Below, piece after piece: positions 8,610 to 19,405 of a stretch of 58,545 nt of DNA (position 1 is the stretch's first letter; the number at the start of each line of letters is the position of its first letter). The translations under genes were made by a program, and so were the position numbers. The stretch is from a virus, in the IMG/VR virus record IMGVR_UViG_3300045988_166695, positions 1 through 58,545 of that record; one strand, given 5' to 3'. Under the pieces are notes generated by a model. The model was not told the origin of the DNA. It did not search any database and saw nothing but the letters and a program-made list of their open reading frames with translations.

Positions 8610-11600
8610 TTACAATGATATCTTATTATAGGACCATGAATTTCCACCCCAGACACAGATAGCAAGGTGATTGTTCTCTTTTAACAGGTCCGATGTCGCA
8701 CCACCATTCAATGTACTTCCGTTTGCATGAACAATAGGACCACGACCTGTACCCGGCCATCGTTTTATAAGGTATACTTTTCCCACAGGTGGATTTTTAG
8801 GTAAATATACATTCTGGTCACTTCCGGAAAAGCTACATGATACGAAACAGTCTTCTAAGGTTAGATATCCCCCGGAAGTAATTGAACGCAGTTTTACAGC
8901 AAATCCGGAGATACACCCTACCAAGGCAAGCGCGATGTTATTCTCTTTCTGATATGCACCTGTAGCTGAGAAACGTGCGGCAATACAGGTATCTGCATAT
9001 TTGTTGTTATTGATCCACAACGGAACATTCAATCCTAAAGTGGCAGGTGCGGTATTAATACCTAAACCGGCAGTAATACTATCCCCTGAGAACTGAATAT
9101 TCTGGGTTGATATAGTCATTGATCCGGAAGTCAAAGAGGTACCGGATATTTTAAAGCCACCAATCATGGACTCTCCGGTAACAGTAAGGTAATTAGCTAC
9201 AATTTTGCCAGCCGCCAATGCATTTGCAACAATAACCTCAGACTCTATTATAAGGGTATTTATATAACCGTTTTTTATTATAGTTTTCTGTGGATAAGAA
9301 CTGGCGTAATTAACCATATCCTGCCATGAAGAGTACCCTATATTAGTTGCAATACTATTCTTTAGAGTATTCATTGCACTTTCGTCCAATAATCCGGGAG
9401 GTCCTTGTATGCCTTGTGGCCCTTGCGGTCCCCGAGGACCTTGCGGACCTTGTGGTCCCTGAGGACCGGTTGCGCCCTGTTGTCCGGGAAGTCCCTGAGG
9501 ACCTCTATCCCCTTGGGGGCCTTTAGTACCGGCGGGTCCTTGCAATCCTTGCGGACCTTGTGGCCCGGTTGCTCCAGTCGGACCGGTTGCTCCAGTATCT
9601 CCTTTTGGACCTATGCCACCTTGTAATCCCTGTGGCCCCTGTGCACCAGGATCTCCCTTATCCCCTTTATTTCCCTTAAAATTTTGTTGCTCTTCTGGAG
9701 ATAGGCCACCAAACGTCACCATACCACTAATACTGATATCCTGCCCGAATATATTGATAGCACCCGGCTTAATAGTGATTCCAGTTTTTAATTCATCCTT
9801 TGTTGGAGTGTCATCAATAGAGCCGGCGTCATATACTGTAGCAAAGGCAAGGTACCAAGTGACGGGGGAAGAACCAGAAACTAAATAGAAATAGTTGGTT
9901 GAAGAAAATGTACCTCCAACACCACACTTGACATAGTACGCATATTCCTCCCAGTCACCGGTCCCTACATTATTGGTAAGCCATTTTGCTGTCCTACCGT
10001 TACCCGTGGCGTTTGAAGCCCATTCAACATTGTATCCAACAGGAATCCATGCAATAAATCGAACTATAAATACAGCATTGGCACGAGACGCAGTAGTGAA
10101 AGTAAATCCGCCTAAACCTGGACTTACATTTCCTTGTGAAGTAATCTTTAATTTATATCCGGATTGATTAGGCAAATTAATATCTGCGACTCTCTCAACA
10201 GTTACAGATCCTCCGCCACCATTATTGTAGCTACCAATCCCATTTGTCCCATTATTTCTAAATTCTGGATCACGATTCAACATCTTACCCTTGCTCATGG
10301 CAAGAGCAATCAAACGTGCATTGCCCGATACCGTTGATACAAGGTTAATATCCGTCTTGGTCTGAGAGATCTCAGTTCCCTGATTGGATACAACCTGTCC
10401 GAGAGCGTCAAAGTCGGTTTGGGAGACTTTGCTTTCAATTAACCCTTTCGTAACGTTTATCTCTGAGTCGGTGTAGGTTTTGGCAATGTAGTTAAGATCT
10501 TCGGGGGCGGGGCTCCAGGTTACAGGAGTATTGGTTTCAAATACGCCAACTCTTACAGAGCCACCGTAACCATGAGAATAACTTCCTACAATCTTTGAAA
10601 TTGGCTTGCTGGATAGAAAATAGTTATAATCCACGCTATCAGAATATACAACACATATATGTTCCTCTGTTCCATCTGTATACTTGACAATAAAGAATAT
10701 ACTTGCTTTATCCGTTGCATCTGAACGGAATACCTTATCTATAAAAATATAGTATTGTTTTGTAGGGTCATATGTAAGTCCAAACATATCCTTATTTGCT
10801 AAATTGGTCTGTTGATGCAAAAGTCCTGGATCTACATAGAACCTACCATCGTCCTCATAATTTCTTAAATACGTAAATCCCGCATCAACAATACGTTTAA
10901 AAGAGCATAAGTTCTTAATACCTGCAACTCGCTCGCTTGCAGCAGGAATCCACTGTGTTACCCCTATGTTACCATCAGTAAGAACAGCCCAATGCACTTT
11001 TGAACCGAAAGTTCCGTTCGGAAATTGAAAGAAAGACAAATCTTCACCCGGCTTATATCCTTTCATGGTCACTTTTGTGCTTTCTACAACTCTTTCTCCC
11101 TTAGTTGTGAGATTTGCTATCATATTTGTACCACCATTAGAGTAAACACCTATATTGGTATTACCACTTCCAATAGTGTAGCATACAGTCAAAGTGTATT
11201 CCTTGCCATCAACAACAGGAGTATCATAATGATAAGCTGCAAACCTATAAGATGGATTTGCTTTCTCTATATAGGCGCCATTTAATATATTAACATCCCC
11301 CACCTTTATTTTACTCACCTCACCCTTCACAGCCAACGTAATCTGCCCTGGCAAAGCCTCCATAATCGTATCAGTCTCAATCTTAACCTTTTCCCCTACG
11401 TACGAGTATGAAGCGGAATTGATAGCGTCTATAATTGTCCGCTGCTGGTCATAATAAGCCTGTTGAAGAGTCTTGAATGAAGCGCTAACCGGTATATTTT
11501 CAGGCTCACTTGCCGAATGTGTCTCAAGCACATGATAGTAATCGTTGAAAGCATTCCGATAAGCAACGGTATCAATGCCATACCGTGTTGCATTAGCCAG

Positions 11601-14600
11601 AATAGAATCTCTTTCTGCCTTTAATGCCTCCATTTCCTGCTTTAACGCGGTCTTTTCAGTTGGAGAAATAAATCCATCAGAAGCCCAGGTGTTCAATCTA
11701 TCTTGGGCAGCTTTCGCATCGGTTTTGGCGATGTCTATTTCCTTGTTGGTTGACTCAAACTCCTGCTCGATGGTCTTTCCGTTGCGAAGGATGAAGATGC
11801 CTTTGAAATAACCGTTATTTGTATATATACCATTATCGTGCGGCTGCATATTATCCGGAAAATCCGGGTCCGTTATATGATCTAAATTCCCAAATACAGA
11901 GCGAGACGCTCCGGCAAATGACTTAGTCTTGACTCTACCTAATATCTCAATCTTAGGCTTACCATCCTCAGCAGCCGACATATATATCAAGCTCTGACGA
12001 AGAGGATTCTCAGTATTACCCATCTGTACAACTTCATCACCTACTACTGGTATAATTCCTTCAAACTCAGACTTTGGAATAGTTACGAGATTACCATTTA
12101 CACTCGCAACTTCGCACCAATAGTATTTACCTTTTTTAGATGATGTATCCTCCATTTTTTGAGTAACAGTAACCTTTCCGTTACCATGTCCGGAATCTAA
12201 TACAATCATTATACCAAGGTTGTATATCTCTTCGGATACATTGATGGCACGAATTACATTCTCGCCATTTGTCAAAAGCCCTCCTACAGTATCAGAACCG
12301 ATTCCATCCTTTGATAAACCACTCCATACAGCCATAGCACCATCATACAAACCAGATATTTCTAATTTGCATTCTTTAGTCGTTATAGGAGCATCTGCTA
12401 CATGTCCCTCTGGATACATGTAAAGTTGAAAGCCTGAATTTGCTGAATTATTCATGCTAAACTCAATGCTTGTGTTCGTTATCTTTACGCTATCATCTAT
12501 GGCTGAACCATCATATAAATAGGCTGTAAATTTTGTAAAATCAAAAGCCGGTGACTGGATTATTCTTCTATCAAATACTTGACATCTCACTAAGTCGTGC
12601 GCCTGGAATGTTTCATCTTCATCCTCAAATTCAAGAATCCAAGATTGCAAATCAGAAGTCTCAGTAACTGCACTGACTTTACCGTTCGCTTGGCTTATAA
12701 CAAGAGCACCATTTATTGAACGTACTTTCTGTATAAGCAACTCAAATACATTCATAACTTTCCTCACATCTAGAATGTCGCATTCTATATGCCAGTTGCC
12801 ATACTCGTCTTTATATATTTTAAAGCCTTCGCCTGTGAATCCCGGAACAAACTTCGGAGAAGAGGTGTATTCTTTCAATATAGCTGCGGCAGCGTTTAAT
12901 ACGCCATCCTCATATAGAGAAGCAGTAGGCTTTCCTTCGGATTCATTCCAACCGATTTCTATACCTTTACGAAAGGCCTGTTTGTAGAAGGTAACATCCT
13001 CTTGGTCTTTCCGAAAAAATGTTTCCAAAGACCGAAGGGAAGATAAAGCATTACGGTCAGTAAGCCTCGTTTTATCGTATCGCCCGACAATGTAAACACT
13101 TCCGGTACCGGAACCAGTAAAAGCCTCCCCTTTATATGTCAACGCTTCGACTTTACTTTCAATCTCTCCGATACGAGAATATTTAGTCGATTGTCCCACC
13201 GTATAAGTAACTTCATACTTCTTATCCAGTGCCTTTTCAAAGCCATATATACGAGATTGCCGGCTCTTTATTGCATAAGCCGGATTGATAATATTGACAC
13301 GATCCCCTATCTCCAAATCGATAACGCGTCCTCCATCGAATCCACCCACTTTTATCGGGTCCATGACGCATGTATAGACAGACGGGTCTATTTTACTCTT
13401 CTCTACGTAGCTTTTTGTCTTTTCAAGCAATTCCTTTTCGGCATCAGGAATCATGGACACAGAAACAAATTTTGTATCATATCCATACAAGACATAAGTG
13501 TTCCCATTCTCAGGGATTAACGGGACAGACGGAAGTTTGCGGCCGTAATCTTCATTCCTTACGATCTCCCATAACTGGGCAGCGGAGTTCCATGACCCGT
13601 CACTGTTCTTTTCATCCGCAGCACCCGGATTAAAGGTAACAGCGAAGTCCATACCGTTTAAAGGACCTGACTGAAATACAATTCTTAACTCCTGACCGGG
13701 GATAATATACTCTTTTGAAAAAGTTATGCTGGAATCCCTGAAACGGTAGGCATTCCATTTGACTTCCGTTGTGGTACCATCTTCATTCTCAATCTTGTCT
13801 GTGTATTCCTTAGTGGTCACATCTGACATGGTACCTATACGTTTAGGGAACATGTCATCAAATACAACGACTTCTTCAACAGCTTCTTCCGTAGACATAT
13901 CCGGAAAAGCGTCAACATAAGGAGTACCCTCGGGAAGCATCAATCTTCTTTGGACTACTCCGTCGACCACAACACCGGTTATATCCGGACGATAATTAGT
14001 AGGAAGGTTACGGGTAGAACCGAAAGCGTAAACACGGGTAGCATAATTATCGTTGCTTTCCGAACGAGACATTTCGGAAACAAGCCCATTCAGTTCAAAG
14101 TCTACCGCTGTGTTATACTCACATCTGCCCAGATGGATCACATGATCAACGATCCACCATTCAGCGTCCCATGTTTCCGCTATTTTGGTCAACGCATCAA
14201 TGATATTCGTATTATCGTACTGTATCAACTTAGCAGACTTCTCTACTGTGCTGTCAATAGAGAAAGTATATTCTACTCCTGAGTTGTATGTGTAACCTAA
14301 AGATTTTAAGTTAGAGACTACTATCGATAGATGCGCATCCGGAGTACGGGTAAGATTCCATGAAGCCTCGCGGTTACCACCTTGACGATCATAGAACAAT
14401 ATCTTATTCTTCCACTTATAGTATTCCGCGTCAAGACGGAGTTCATAATCATAGCCTCCTGTTGAAGTGTTGTACTTCGGGAATACAAGATCAACGATCT
14501 CAAATCGTCCGAATTCTGTTTCACAATAATCTCCCTTCTCAAAAAGAACCGGTTTGTCGACGTTGAAATAAAGAAGAATATAATCTTCTTTCATCAAAGT

Positions 14601-14675
14601 CTTACGGTATACAGAACCGGTATTCTCTTTCGTAGAGAAACGTATTTTGCCAGTTATGTCTTTAATGCTAATCAT
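8610..14675 (-). CDS. Tail fibre / tail-tip (Tal-like) protein with a collagen-like segment, 2021 aa
   Basis: It directly follows the Dit gene. The N-terminal region is typical of siphovirus tip proteins, and there are about 31 G-X-Y triplets near residue 1700. Confidence 0.8.
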   Translation of the reverse strand: MISIKDITGKIRFSTKENTGSVYRKTLMKEDYILLYFNVDKPVLFEKGDYCETEFGRFEIVDLVFPKYNTSTGGYDYELRLDAEYYKWKNKILFYDRQGGNREASWNLTRTPDAHLSIVVSNLKSLGYTYNSGVEYTFSIDSTVEKSAKLIQYDNTNIIDALTKIAETWDAEWWIVDHVIHLGRCEYNTAVDFELNGLVSEMSRSESNDNYATRVYAFGSTRNLPTNYRPDITGVVVDGVVQRRLMLPEGTPYVDAFPDMSTEEAVEEVVVFDDMFPKRIGTMSDVTTKEYTDKIENEDGTTTEVKWNAYRFRDSSITFSKEYIIPGQELRIVFQSGPLNGMDFAVTFNPGAADEKNSDGSWNSAAQLWEIVRNEDYGRKLPSVPLIPENGNTYVLYGYDTKFVSVSMIPDAEKELLEKTKSYVEKSKIDPSVYTCVMDPIKVGGFDGGRVIDLEIGDRVNIINPAYAIKSRQSRIYGFEKALDKKYEVTYTVGQSTKYSRIGEIESKVEALTYKGEAFTGSGTGSVYIVGRYDKTRLTDRNALSSLRSLETFFRKDQEDVTFYKQAFRKGIEIGWNESEGKPTASLYEDGVLNAAAAILKEYTSSPKFVPGFTGEGFKIYKDEYGNWHIECDILDVRKVMNVFELLIQKVRSINGALVISQANGKVSAVTETSDLQSWILEFEDEDETFQAHDLVRCQVFDRRIIQSPAFDFTKFTAYLYDGSAIDDSVKITNTSIEFSMNNSANSGFQLYMYPEGHVADAPITTKECKLEISGLYDGAMAVWSGLSKDGIGSDTVGGLLTNGENVIRAINVSEEIYNLGIMIVLDSGHGNGKVTVTQKMEDTSSKKGKYYWCEVASVNGNLVTIPKSEFEGIIPVVGDEVVQMGNTENPLRQSLIYMSAAEDGKPKIEILGRVKTKSFAGASRSVFGNLDHITDPDFPDNMQPHDNGIYTNNGYFKGIFILRNGKTIEQEFESTNKEIDIAKTDAKAAQDRLNTWASDGFISPTEKTALKQEMEALKAERDSILANATRYGIDTVAYRNAFNDYYHVLETHSASEPENIPVSASFKTLQQAYYDQQRTIIDAINSASYSYVGEKVKIETDTIMEALPGQITLAVKGEVSKIKVGDVNILNGAYIEKANPSYRFAAYHYDTPVVDGKEYTLTVCYTIGSGNTNIGVYSNGGTNMIANLTTKGERVVESTKVTMKGYKPGEDLSFFQFPNGTFGSKVHWAVLTDGNIGVTQWIPAASERVAGIKNLCSFKRIVDAGFTYLRNYEDDGRFYVDPGLLHQQTNLANKDMFGLTYDPTKQYYIFIDKVFRSDATDKASIFFIVKYTDGTEEHICVVYSDSVDYNYFLSSKPISKIVGSYSHGYGGSVRVGVFETNTPVTWSPAPEDLNYIAKTYTDSEINVTKGLIESKVSQTDFDALGQVVSNQGTEISQTKTDINLVSTVSGNARLIALAMSKGKMLNRDPEFRNNGTNGIGSYNNGGGGSVTVERVADINLPNQSGYKLKITSQGNVSPGLGGFTFTTASRANAVFIVRFIAWIPVGYNVEWASNATGNGRTAKWLTNNVGTGDWEEYAYYVKCGVGGTFSSTNYFYLVSGSSPVTWYLAFATVYDAGSIDDTPTKDELKTGITIKPGAINIFGQDISISGMVTFGGLSPEEQQNFKGNKGDKGDPGAQGPQGLQGGIGPKGDTGATGPTGATGPQGPQGLQGPAGTKGPQGDRGPQGLPGQQGATGPQGPQGPQGPRGPQGPQGIQGPPGLLDESAMNTLKNSIATNIGYSSWQDMVNYASSYPQKTIIKNGYINTLIIESEVIVANALAAGKIVANYLTVTGESMIGGFKISGTSLTSGSMTISTQNIQFSGDSITAGLGINTAPATLGLNVPLWINNNKYADTCIAARFSATGAYQKENNIALALVGCISGFAVKLRSITSGGYLTLEDCFVSCSFSGSDQNVYLPKNPPVGKVYLIKRWPGTGRGPIVHANGSTLNGGATSDLLKENNHLAICVWGGNSWSYNKISL
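9393..9674 (-). repeat. Collagen-like G-X-Y repeat coding segment
   Basis: [19 protein letters not shown]...[13 protein letters not shown] is uninterrupted. Confidence 0.9.
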
Positions 14676-14677
14676 TA

Positions 14678-15094
14678 TTACGATCTGTTAGACGGGTCAT
14701 ATTCATTGAGTTTCACGGATACTTTAGAAAATGTACGAGTTCTATTAAGAGCATACGATTGGAACTTTTGCACTGTAAACTTATATATATCTTTACTAAT
14801 CGGAGGAATGAACACTCTTATACTACCCGTTTGGAGTTCAGAAACAAAGGATTTATATCTTTCTAAATAGATGTCAGGTGTAGAACCTTCCAAAAAGAAT
14901 GTCAGAGTTACGTCTCTGTCAGCTAATTTGGGATTATTGTGAATAACCCTTTTCCCATTCTCAATGCGAGACTCGTTTTCTATGAAGTCTTTCAGTCCAG
15001 CAGGAGAAAGGATGTTACTAATGAAATCATCCCCCATTGACACTCCCCATGTAGTATACGCATCCTTCCCATTTATTTCTAAATCTCCTGTCAT
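14678..15094 (-). CDS. Distal tail protein (Dit-like)
   Basis: It lies immediately upstream of the tip/fibre gene and has Sipho_tail-like size and pattern. The track start at 15154 is a TTG; the first ATG is at 15092..15094. Confidence 0.6.
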   Translation of the reverse strand: MTGDLEINGKDAYTTWGVSMGDDFISNILSPAGLKDFIENESRIENGKRVIHNNPKLADRDVTLTFFLEGSTPDIYLERYKSFVSELQTGSIRVFIPPISKDIYKFTVQKFQSYALNRTRTFSKVSVKLNEYDPSNRS

Positions 15095-15161
15095 AATAAG
15101 TATCTTTGTTTCGCAAATATACCTTCTTGGTCTTGTAGTATTTAAGTTCTCCAAGTTTTAT

Positions 15162-15190
15162 AAATGACAGTTACACAAGTGTCGGAAATT
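15162..15190 (-). promoter_or_regulatory. Conserved GACA-N10-TGTC-GGAAA motif, copy 1 of 3 (late promoter or activator-site candidate)
   Basis: The minus strand reads AATTTCCGACACTTGTGTAACTGTCATTT. It aligns with 16727..16757 and 32644..32675. Confidence 0.45.
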
Positions 15191-15271
15191 ACATCAAATT
15201 CTATCGGAGAATTGAGTAATAATGTTTTTTAGAGAATAGAATTAATTTGAGAAAGGTTAATATAAAAAGAA

Positions 15272-15295
15272 AGCCCGGAAATATCATCCCGGGCT
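15272..15295 (-). terminator. Intrinsic terminator after 15399..15620
   Basis: AGCCCGG/CCGGGCT stem followed by TTCTTTTTAT on the minus strand. Confidence 0.6.
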
Positions 15296-15398
15296 CGCAA
15301 TAATCATCTTCCGATGACATGTACAGAAAATGTCGTCAAACAAAAGTCATTGATATTTTAATCAAAACTGAACTGTACATAGTCCTTTCGCTAATTCA

Positions 15399-15620
15399 CT
15401 AAATAACATTATCTTTGGTCTTACATGGTGGTAAATCTATATAATAAACAAGCATAGGACCACACATTACAAAAAGTTTATCGTCTTCAATATGCCAAGA
15501 ATAATGATAATATGGCTTATAATTTGGTAAGGCATTGTGTTTTGCACAAAATTGTATAGCATCTTGTACCGCTATTTCTCGTACATTTTCTGGAATGGGA
15601 TATTTATATACTTCCATCAT
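15399..15620 (-). CDS. Hypothetical protein
   Basis: MMEVYKYPIPENV.. starts at 15620. Confidence 0.5.
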   Translation of the reverse strand: MMEVYKYPIPENVREIAVQDAIQFCAKHNALPNYKPYYHYSWHIEDDKLFVMCGPMLVYYIDLPPCKTKDNVI

Positions 15621-15672
15621 AATAAATTGTTTTCGCAAAAATAACAAATTTACAAAAGCCTCACAAGTATCT

Positions 15673-16566
15673 TCACTTCTTACTTAAATTTCCAAATGCA
15701 ACATGACCATCGACAAAGATACCTTCATAAGCACCAATTATCTTTCCAGGCTTGACTTTAATTCCTGTTGTATCATCTTCTCGCTCTTTACGGAGAAATG
15801 GTTTCTCTTTAGACAAAAATTTCTCTATAAAGTAAATTTGGCCTTTTCCGGATACCTTGGTAGTGGTGGTCACTAATACGGACCCATCAGGCTTAGTGAT
15901 TGAGGTTTTCTTCAACTCAAAAAGCCCTAACTTCATAGCTTTCTGTGTAGGCTGATTGTAGTACTCCCCCTTTTGACAGAGATAGCCATTATCCCGCATC
16001 CAGGAGAACAATCGGTTTTGACCGATATTTACACCGTTTTGCTGCAGTATTTTAGCCAATTCCGCTATCAGGCAAGAGCGTTGATAGGTTGAAACGGCAT
16101 CAGCAAAGAGAACTTTCGGAGCATCCTTTTGAATCTTCTGTTCAGCCTCGATAAGACGCTGCTCTTTACGTTTTAGTGTTTCTTGTGCAACAAGTAACGC
16201 ACGTGCCATTATTTCTTCAGGAGTATCGTCTTGTTGGGTGGCAATGTAGCCGCCATGTTTGCGGATTGAAGGTAGAACTTCATCACAAACCCAATCTTGG
16301 AATTTTTCGGCATCTGGCAATTTAGATTTCATCGTTAACCGATAAACTTCACTCTCTTTGCCATACTTTATAGGTTGTACACCGCTTTGAGTAGGGGTTT
16401 CCAAAACAGTAACCCCCTTACAATGATCTATAACAGCTTTTGCCGGGTTTGAATAACCGAGTGCTTTTGCTACATCAGATAAGCAAAACAAAGGTTCATT
16501 ACTCTCATTCATCGCAATTCTTACTTGTCCGAACTGCTCATTTTGGAAAATCTGAATATTATTCAT
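15673..16566 (-). CDS. Antirepressor-type protein (BRO-N domain + KilAC/ANT C-terminal domain)
   Basis: The BRO-N part is MNNIQIFQNEQFGQVRIAMNESNEPLFCLSDVAKALGY. The KilAC part is APKVLFADAVSTYQRSCLIAELAKIL. Confidence 0.85.
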   Translation of the reverse strand: MNNIQIFQNEQFGQVRIAMNESNEPLFCLSDVAKALGYSNPAKAVIDHCKGVTVLETPTQSGVQPIKYGKESEVYRLTMKSKLPDAEKFQDWVCDEVLPSIRKHGGYIATQQDDTPEEIMARALLVAQETLKRKEQRLIEAEQKIQKDAPKVLFADAVSTYQRSCLIAELAKILQQNGVNIGQNRLFSWMRDNGYLCQKGEYYNQPTQKAMKLGLFELKKTSITKPDGSVLVTTTTKVSGKGQIYFIEKFLSKEKPFLRKEREDDTTGIKVKPGKIIGAYEGIFVDGHVAFGNLSKK

Positions 16567-16726
16567 ATCTTTACAGACTTTTAATTTTAAATTTAACCCC
16601 ACCAAAGGATGCTCCTAACTTCATCCGATGGCGGGGTTTATATTTTCAGCTGTTAGGATAGCTGCTATTCTTCTTTTCTGCAAACATAATCAGTATACAG
16701 ATATTCAAAGAATAAACAAGTCATTT

Positions 16727-16757
16727 AGAACCGACATTTGATCAAATGTCGGAAAAT
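16727..16757 (-). promoter_or_regulatory. Conserved GACA-N10-TGTC-GGAAA motif, copy 2 of 3
   Basis: The minus strand reads ATTTTCCGACATTTGATCAAATGTCGGTTCT. Confidence 0.45.
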
Positions 16758-16810
16758 CGTTAGAAACACCATCTCTCCTATCCCGGGAGCCGTATTACTC
16801 CCGGGGTGTA

Positions 16811-16871
16811 CATCTCCTAACAGAGATGTTCGCCTGATTGGTAGTCGTGGCGTTATGTGGACGGATGAAGC
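16811..16871 (-). promoter_or_regulatory. Structured leader / RNA element, copy 2
   Basis: It contains CTCCTAACAG, GATGTTCGC and hairpin CGCC/GGCG (16831..16852) with loop TGATTGGTAGTCGT. The 15-mer CTGATTGGTAGTCGT is identical to 4167..4181. Confidence 0.4.
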
Positions 16872-17150
16872 CTACAATAGATCCTGATTGAGACTTCGCA
16901 AATCAAACGTGCTCTTAGACGGATATTCAGAACAAAATATGATACCCATTGGGACAGAGGCAGCAGAGCTCAAGCTACTAATAGCCTTCTGATAGTTAGA
17001 CCTTTCTCTTTCCTCCTCTTCCAACATGCCTAAAATAGCTTCTAACCTTTTATAATTTTCTCTATTTCTCAATTCGGTTTGTTTAATTAACCTACAAGTT
17101 TCGATATTCAGATTTTCAACATAGTTTATTGGAGTATTATATGTATTCAT
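16872..17150 (-). CDS. Hypothetical protein
   Basis: 92-aa ORF. Confidence 0.55.
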   Translation of the reverse strand: MNTYNTPINYVENLNIETCRLIKQTELRNRENYKRLEAILGMLEEEERERSNYQKAISSLSSAASVPMGIIFCSEYPSKSTFDLRSLNQDLL

Positions 17151-17232
17151 AAATATGTGTTTTTATGTGTAAAAATGGATATAGCAATGGCCGTCGGGCA
17201 TTTAAACCGACCGCTGATAGTTATGTAATAGA

Positions 17233-18066
17233 TTAAGCTGCTGGATTCACCTCACTCTTTATCTGCTTGATGGCTTTCTTCACGTCCCATTCATTTTCAT
17301 ATAGGGCAATGATGAAACGCACACCTTTGATAGTCCATACTGTATATATACTTGTTCCTGTCGAACCGTCAGAACGTGTGTACGTCTGTGTACGGGTAGA
17401 ATGTAATCCCCACGTGGAATAAGGAGCATGAAGAAGCCATTGCCCGGACTGTTTGTAGATAATACCGACTTGCTTCAGCTTTTTGTGCAGCTTTTCGGCA
17501 TCCATTCCGATTTGCTTAGCCACCTGTGTGGAGGTAAGCGTGTTGACCGATTGTAAATGGTTATCGTAGTAGTTGATTTTCGGAGCTGCTTGCTTGATTT
17601 CCTTCTCTTGTAATTCAATAGTAATTTGCTGTTGTTGGACTTCTAAAGCCAAACGTTCTTTCTCTTCTTCCGATTGGAGTACCATTAAGGCAAGTTCTTT
17701 TCGGGAAAGTTCATGCTTTGCTACTTTATGAAATACTTGTCTATACACCTCAAATACTGGTCTTACTTTGCGAGCGATGAAGAACTCCATACAAGAAACG
17801 GTAAGCTTGTACTCTTTTGTCGGTCTACCTCCGTTTGGGTTTTCCGCATTTTTGCGGAAAACTTGATAATCAACGTTTTCAATAAATTGTTCACTTAAAG
17901 TTAGTGTTCTTACGGCTTCTTCTTTTCTACCATACACCAACATCCATACTTCATCAAGGCTAATTGGGAACTCATTGTCTGATTTCGACAATTCAAGAAC
18001 TGCGTTAAAGTAACGCTTGATTTCTTTTTCGCTACTCTCTTTGGATAAGATTAAATTATTTTCCAT
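17233..18066 (-). CDS. Antirepressor-type protein (AntA-like N-terminus + KilAC C-terminal domain)
   Basis: The AntA-like part is NGGRPTKEYKLTVSCMEFFIARK. The KilAC part is APKINYYDNHLQSVNTLTSTQVAKQIGM. Confidence 0.75.
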   Translation of the reverse strand: MENNLILSKESSEKEIKRYFNAVLELSKSDNEFPISLDEVWMLVYGRKEEAVRTLTLSEQFIENVDYQVFRKNAENPNGGRPTKEYKLTVSCMEFFIARKVRPVFEVYRQVFHKVAKHELSRKELALMVLQSEEEKERLALEVQQQQITIELQEKEIKQAAPKINYYDNHLQSVNTLTSTQVAKQIGMDAEKLHKKLKQVGIIYKQSGQWLLHAPYSTWGLHSTRTQTYTRSDGSTGTSIYTVWTIKGVRFIIALYENEWDVKKAIKQIKSEVNPAA

Positions 18067-18424
18067 GACTGTAAGCATTTAAGTCATTATAGGCAACGGA
18101 AAAGCGGTTGCCATATACGCTGCTTACAGTCCAACATACTTTGCTCCGGAGAACAAAACAATGACTACGTATAGACAACCGCCTAATATCCTTAAATATC
18201 GAGCATAAAAAATGCCCAATAACCATTGAGCAATTAACCGCTGCTCTGCGAAGCAATAAAGTTTGCCGAACTGTAAGCACCGCAAAGATACGAACTTTTT
18301 GTTAATTTGCAAATGCTTTTTGTTATTTAGATTGTTTATAAATTATAAAATTTTCTTTTAGATGTATTGCCAAAACAATTTGTTTGATGTTTATTTGCAA
18401 ATAAAACTTAAAACAAAAATTTAT

Positions 18425-19084
18425 ATGAAAAGTATACTTATAATTATTTTGTTAACAATAACTTCGCTTGTGTCATTCTCTTGTAAAAATACCAATAATC
18501 CGAAAGAGGAAGCTAAGTCAGAGAGTTTATTTGAAAAATATGAAAAGGCTCGTAAAAAAGCGTCGTTTTCTCCTCAAATTGTAGATACTGTATTTATGGG
18601 ACTAACCTTTAATATGTCGGAAAAACAGGCTATTTCCCATTTACGCAAATTATTAAAAAAAGGAAAATTAGAAGATAATTTCGGGGAGTTAACATATACT
18701 CTAACATTTGCAGGAGAAAGTTCAAGAGCAACAATTAGTTTGTCTTATTTTCAAGATAAATTATATGAAGTGCGTTTGAACTTTTACGAAATGTCTATAG
18801 GGAAAACTTCAACATTCTTGCCTATGGATGGAAAACACCTAATACAACCTGCAAGAGCAGCGTTTACTCACAAGATGAATACTACTAAAAATAATTATTC
18901 ATTATATCAATACAATTTAAGTGAAATCGGATGGATACATTGTTTTATTAAAGATAATTTAATCGTAGAATTTTCTCCTCTGGGAATTATGTCATATACA
19001 AATGCTCCAGTTGAAAGAGAAAAAAAAATATTTGAGATGAAACAAAAATCAGAGAAAGCCCAACAAACTATGTCAGATTTGTAA
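18425..19084 (+). CDS. Lipoprotein, unknown function (cargo)
   Basis: MKSILIIILLTITSLVSFSC is a lipobox signal. The gene is very AT-rich. Confidence 0.65.
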   Translation: MKSILIIILLTITSLVSFSCKNTNNPKEEAKSESLFEKYEKARKKASFSPQIVDTVFMGLTFNMSEKQAISHLRKLLKKGKLEDNFGELTYTLTFAGESSRATISLSYFQDKLYEVRLNFYEMSIGKTSTFLPMDGKHLIQPARAAFTHKMNTTKNNYSLYQYNLSEIGWIHCFIKDNLIVEFSPLGIMSYTNAPVEREKKIFEMKQKSEKAQQTMSDL

Positions 19085-19194
19085 TACTATAATTATAAAA
19101 CATAATCATTGATAATTACTAATTCAGTAGGAATAACAACAAAAATCAAGTAAATCAAATAAAAAAAGAATATAAAAAAACTAATAATATCAAC

Positions 19195-19252
19195 AAAATA
19201 GGAATGCGATATTTTCATTGCTTTTGTAATGAAAATATCGCATTCCTATTTT
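19195..19252. terminator. 25-bp perfect inverted repeat (bidirectional terminator candidate)
   Basis: AAAATAGGAATGCGATATTTTCATT, an 8-nt loop, then AATGAAAATATCGCATTCCTATTTT. It lies between convergent genes. Confidence 0.6.
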
Positions 19253-19405
19253 GTCAGCACATGAAGAATCTGTCATTGTCGTCACCGAACAATTTATATC
19301 CGGTATACAGACTTAAAAAGATAACTGTTATCTCAATCATAATTTGATAGTTTTTTATTTGCTCACCTTATTAGTGAGGTGAGCAAAGTGTTTTTTTATT
19401 TTGTC

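Noticed and set aside
9405-9888. Plus-strand ORFs rich in Pro/Leu/Arg
   Set aside because: They are the antisense of the collagen-like G-X-Y coding repeat of the tail fibre.
8610-14675. Diversity-generating retroelement or invertible tail-fibre segment (a Mu G / P1 C-type target for the serine recombinase)
   Set aside because: No reverse transcriptase gene is present in the window. I saw no template/variable repeat pair, no oppositely oriented alternative fibre exons and no inverted repeats in or after the fibre gene.
18056-18312. Two overlapping minus-strand ORFs (74 and 62 aa)
   Set aside because: They lie in the divergent promoter/leader region upstream of 17233..18066 and contain a leader hairpin (GGCAAC/GTTGCC). 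They overlap each other in different frames.
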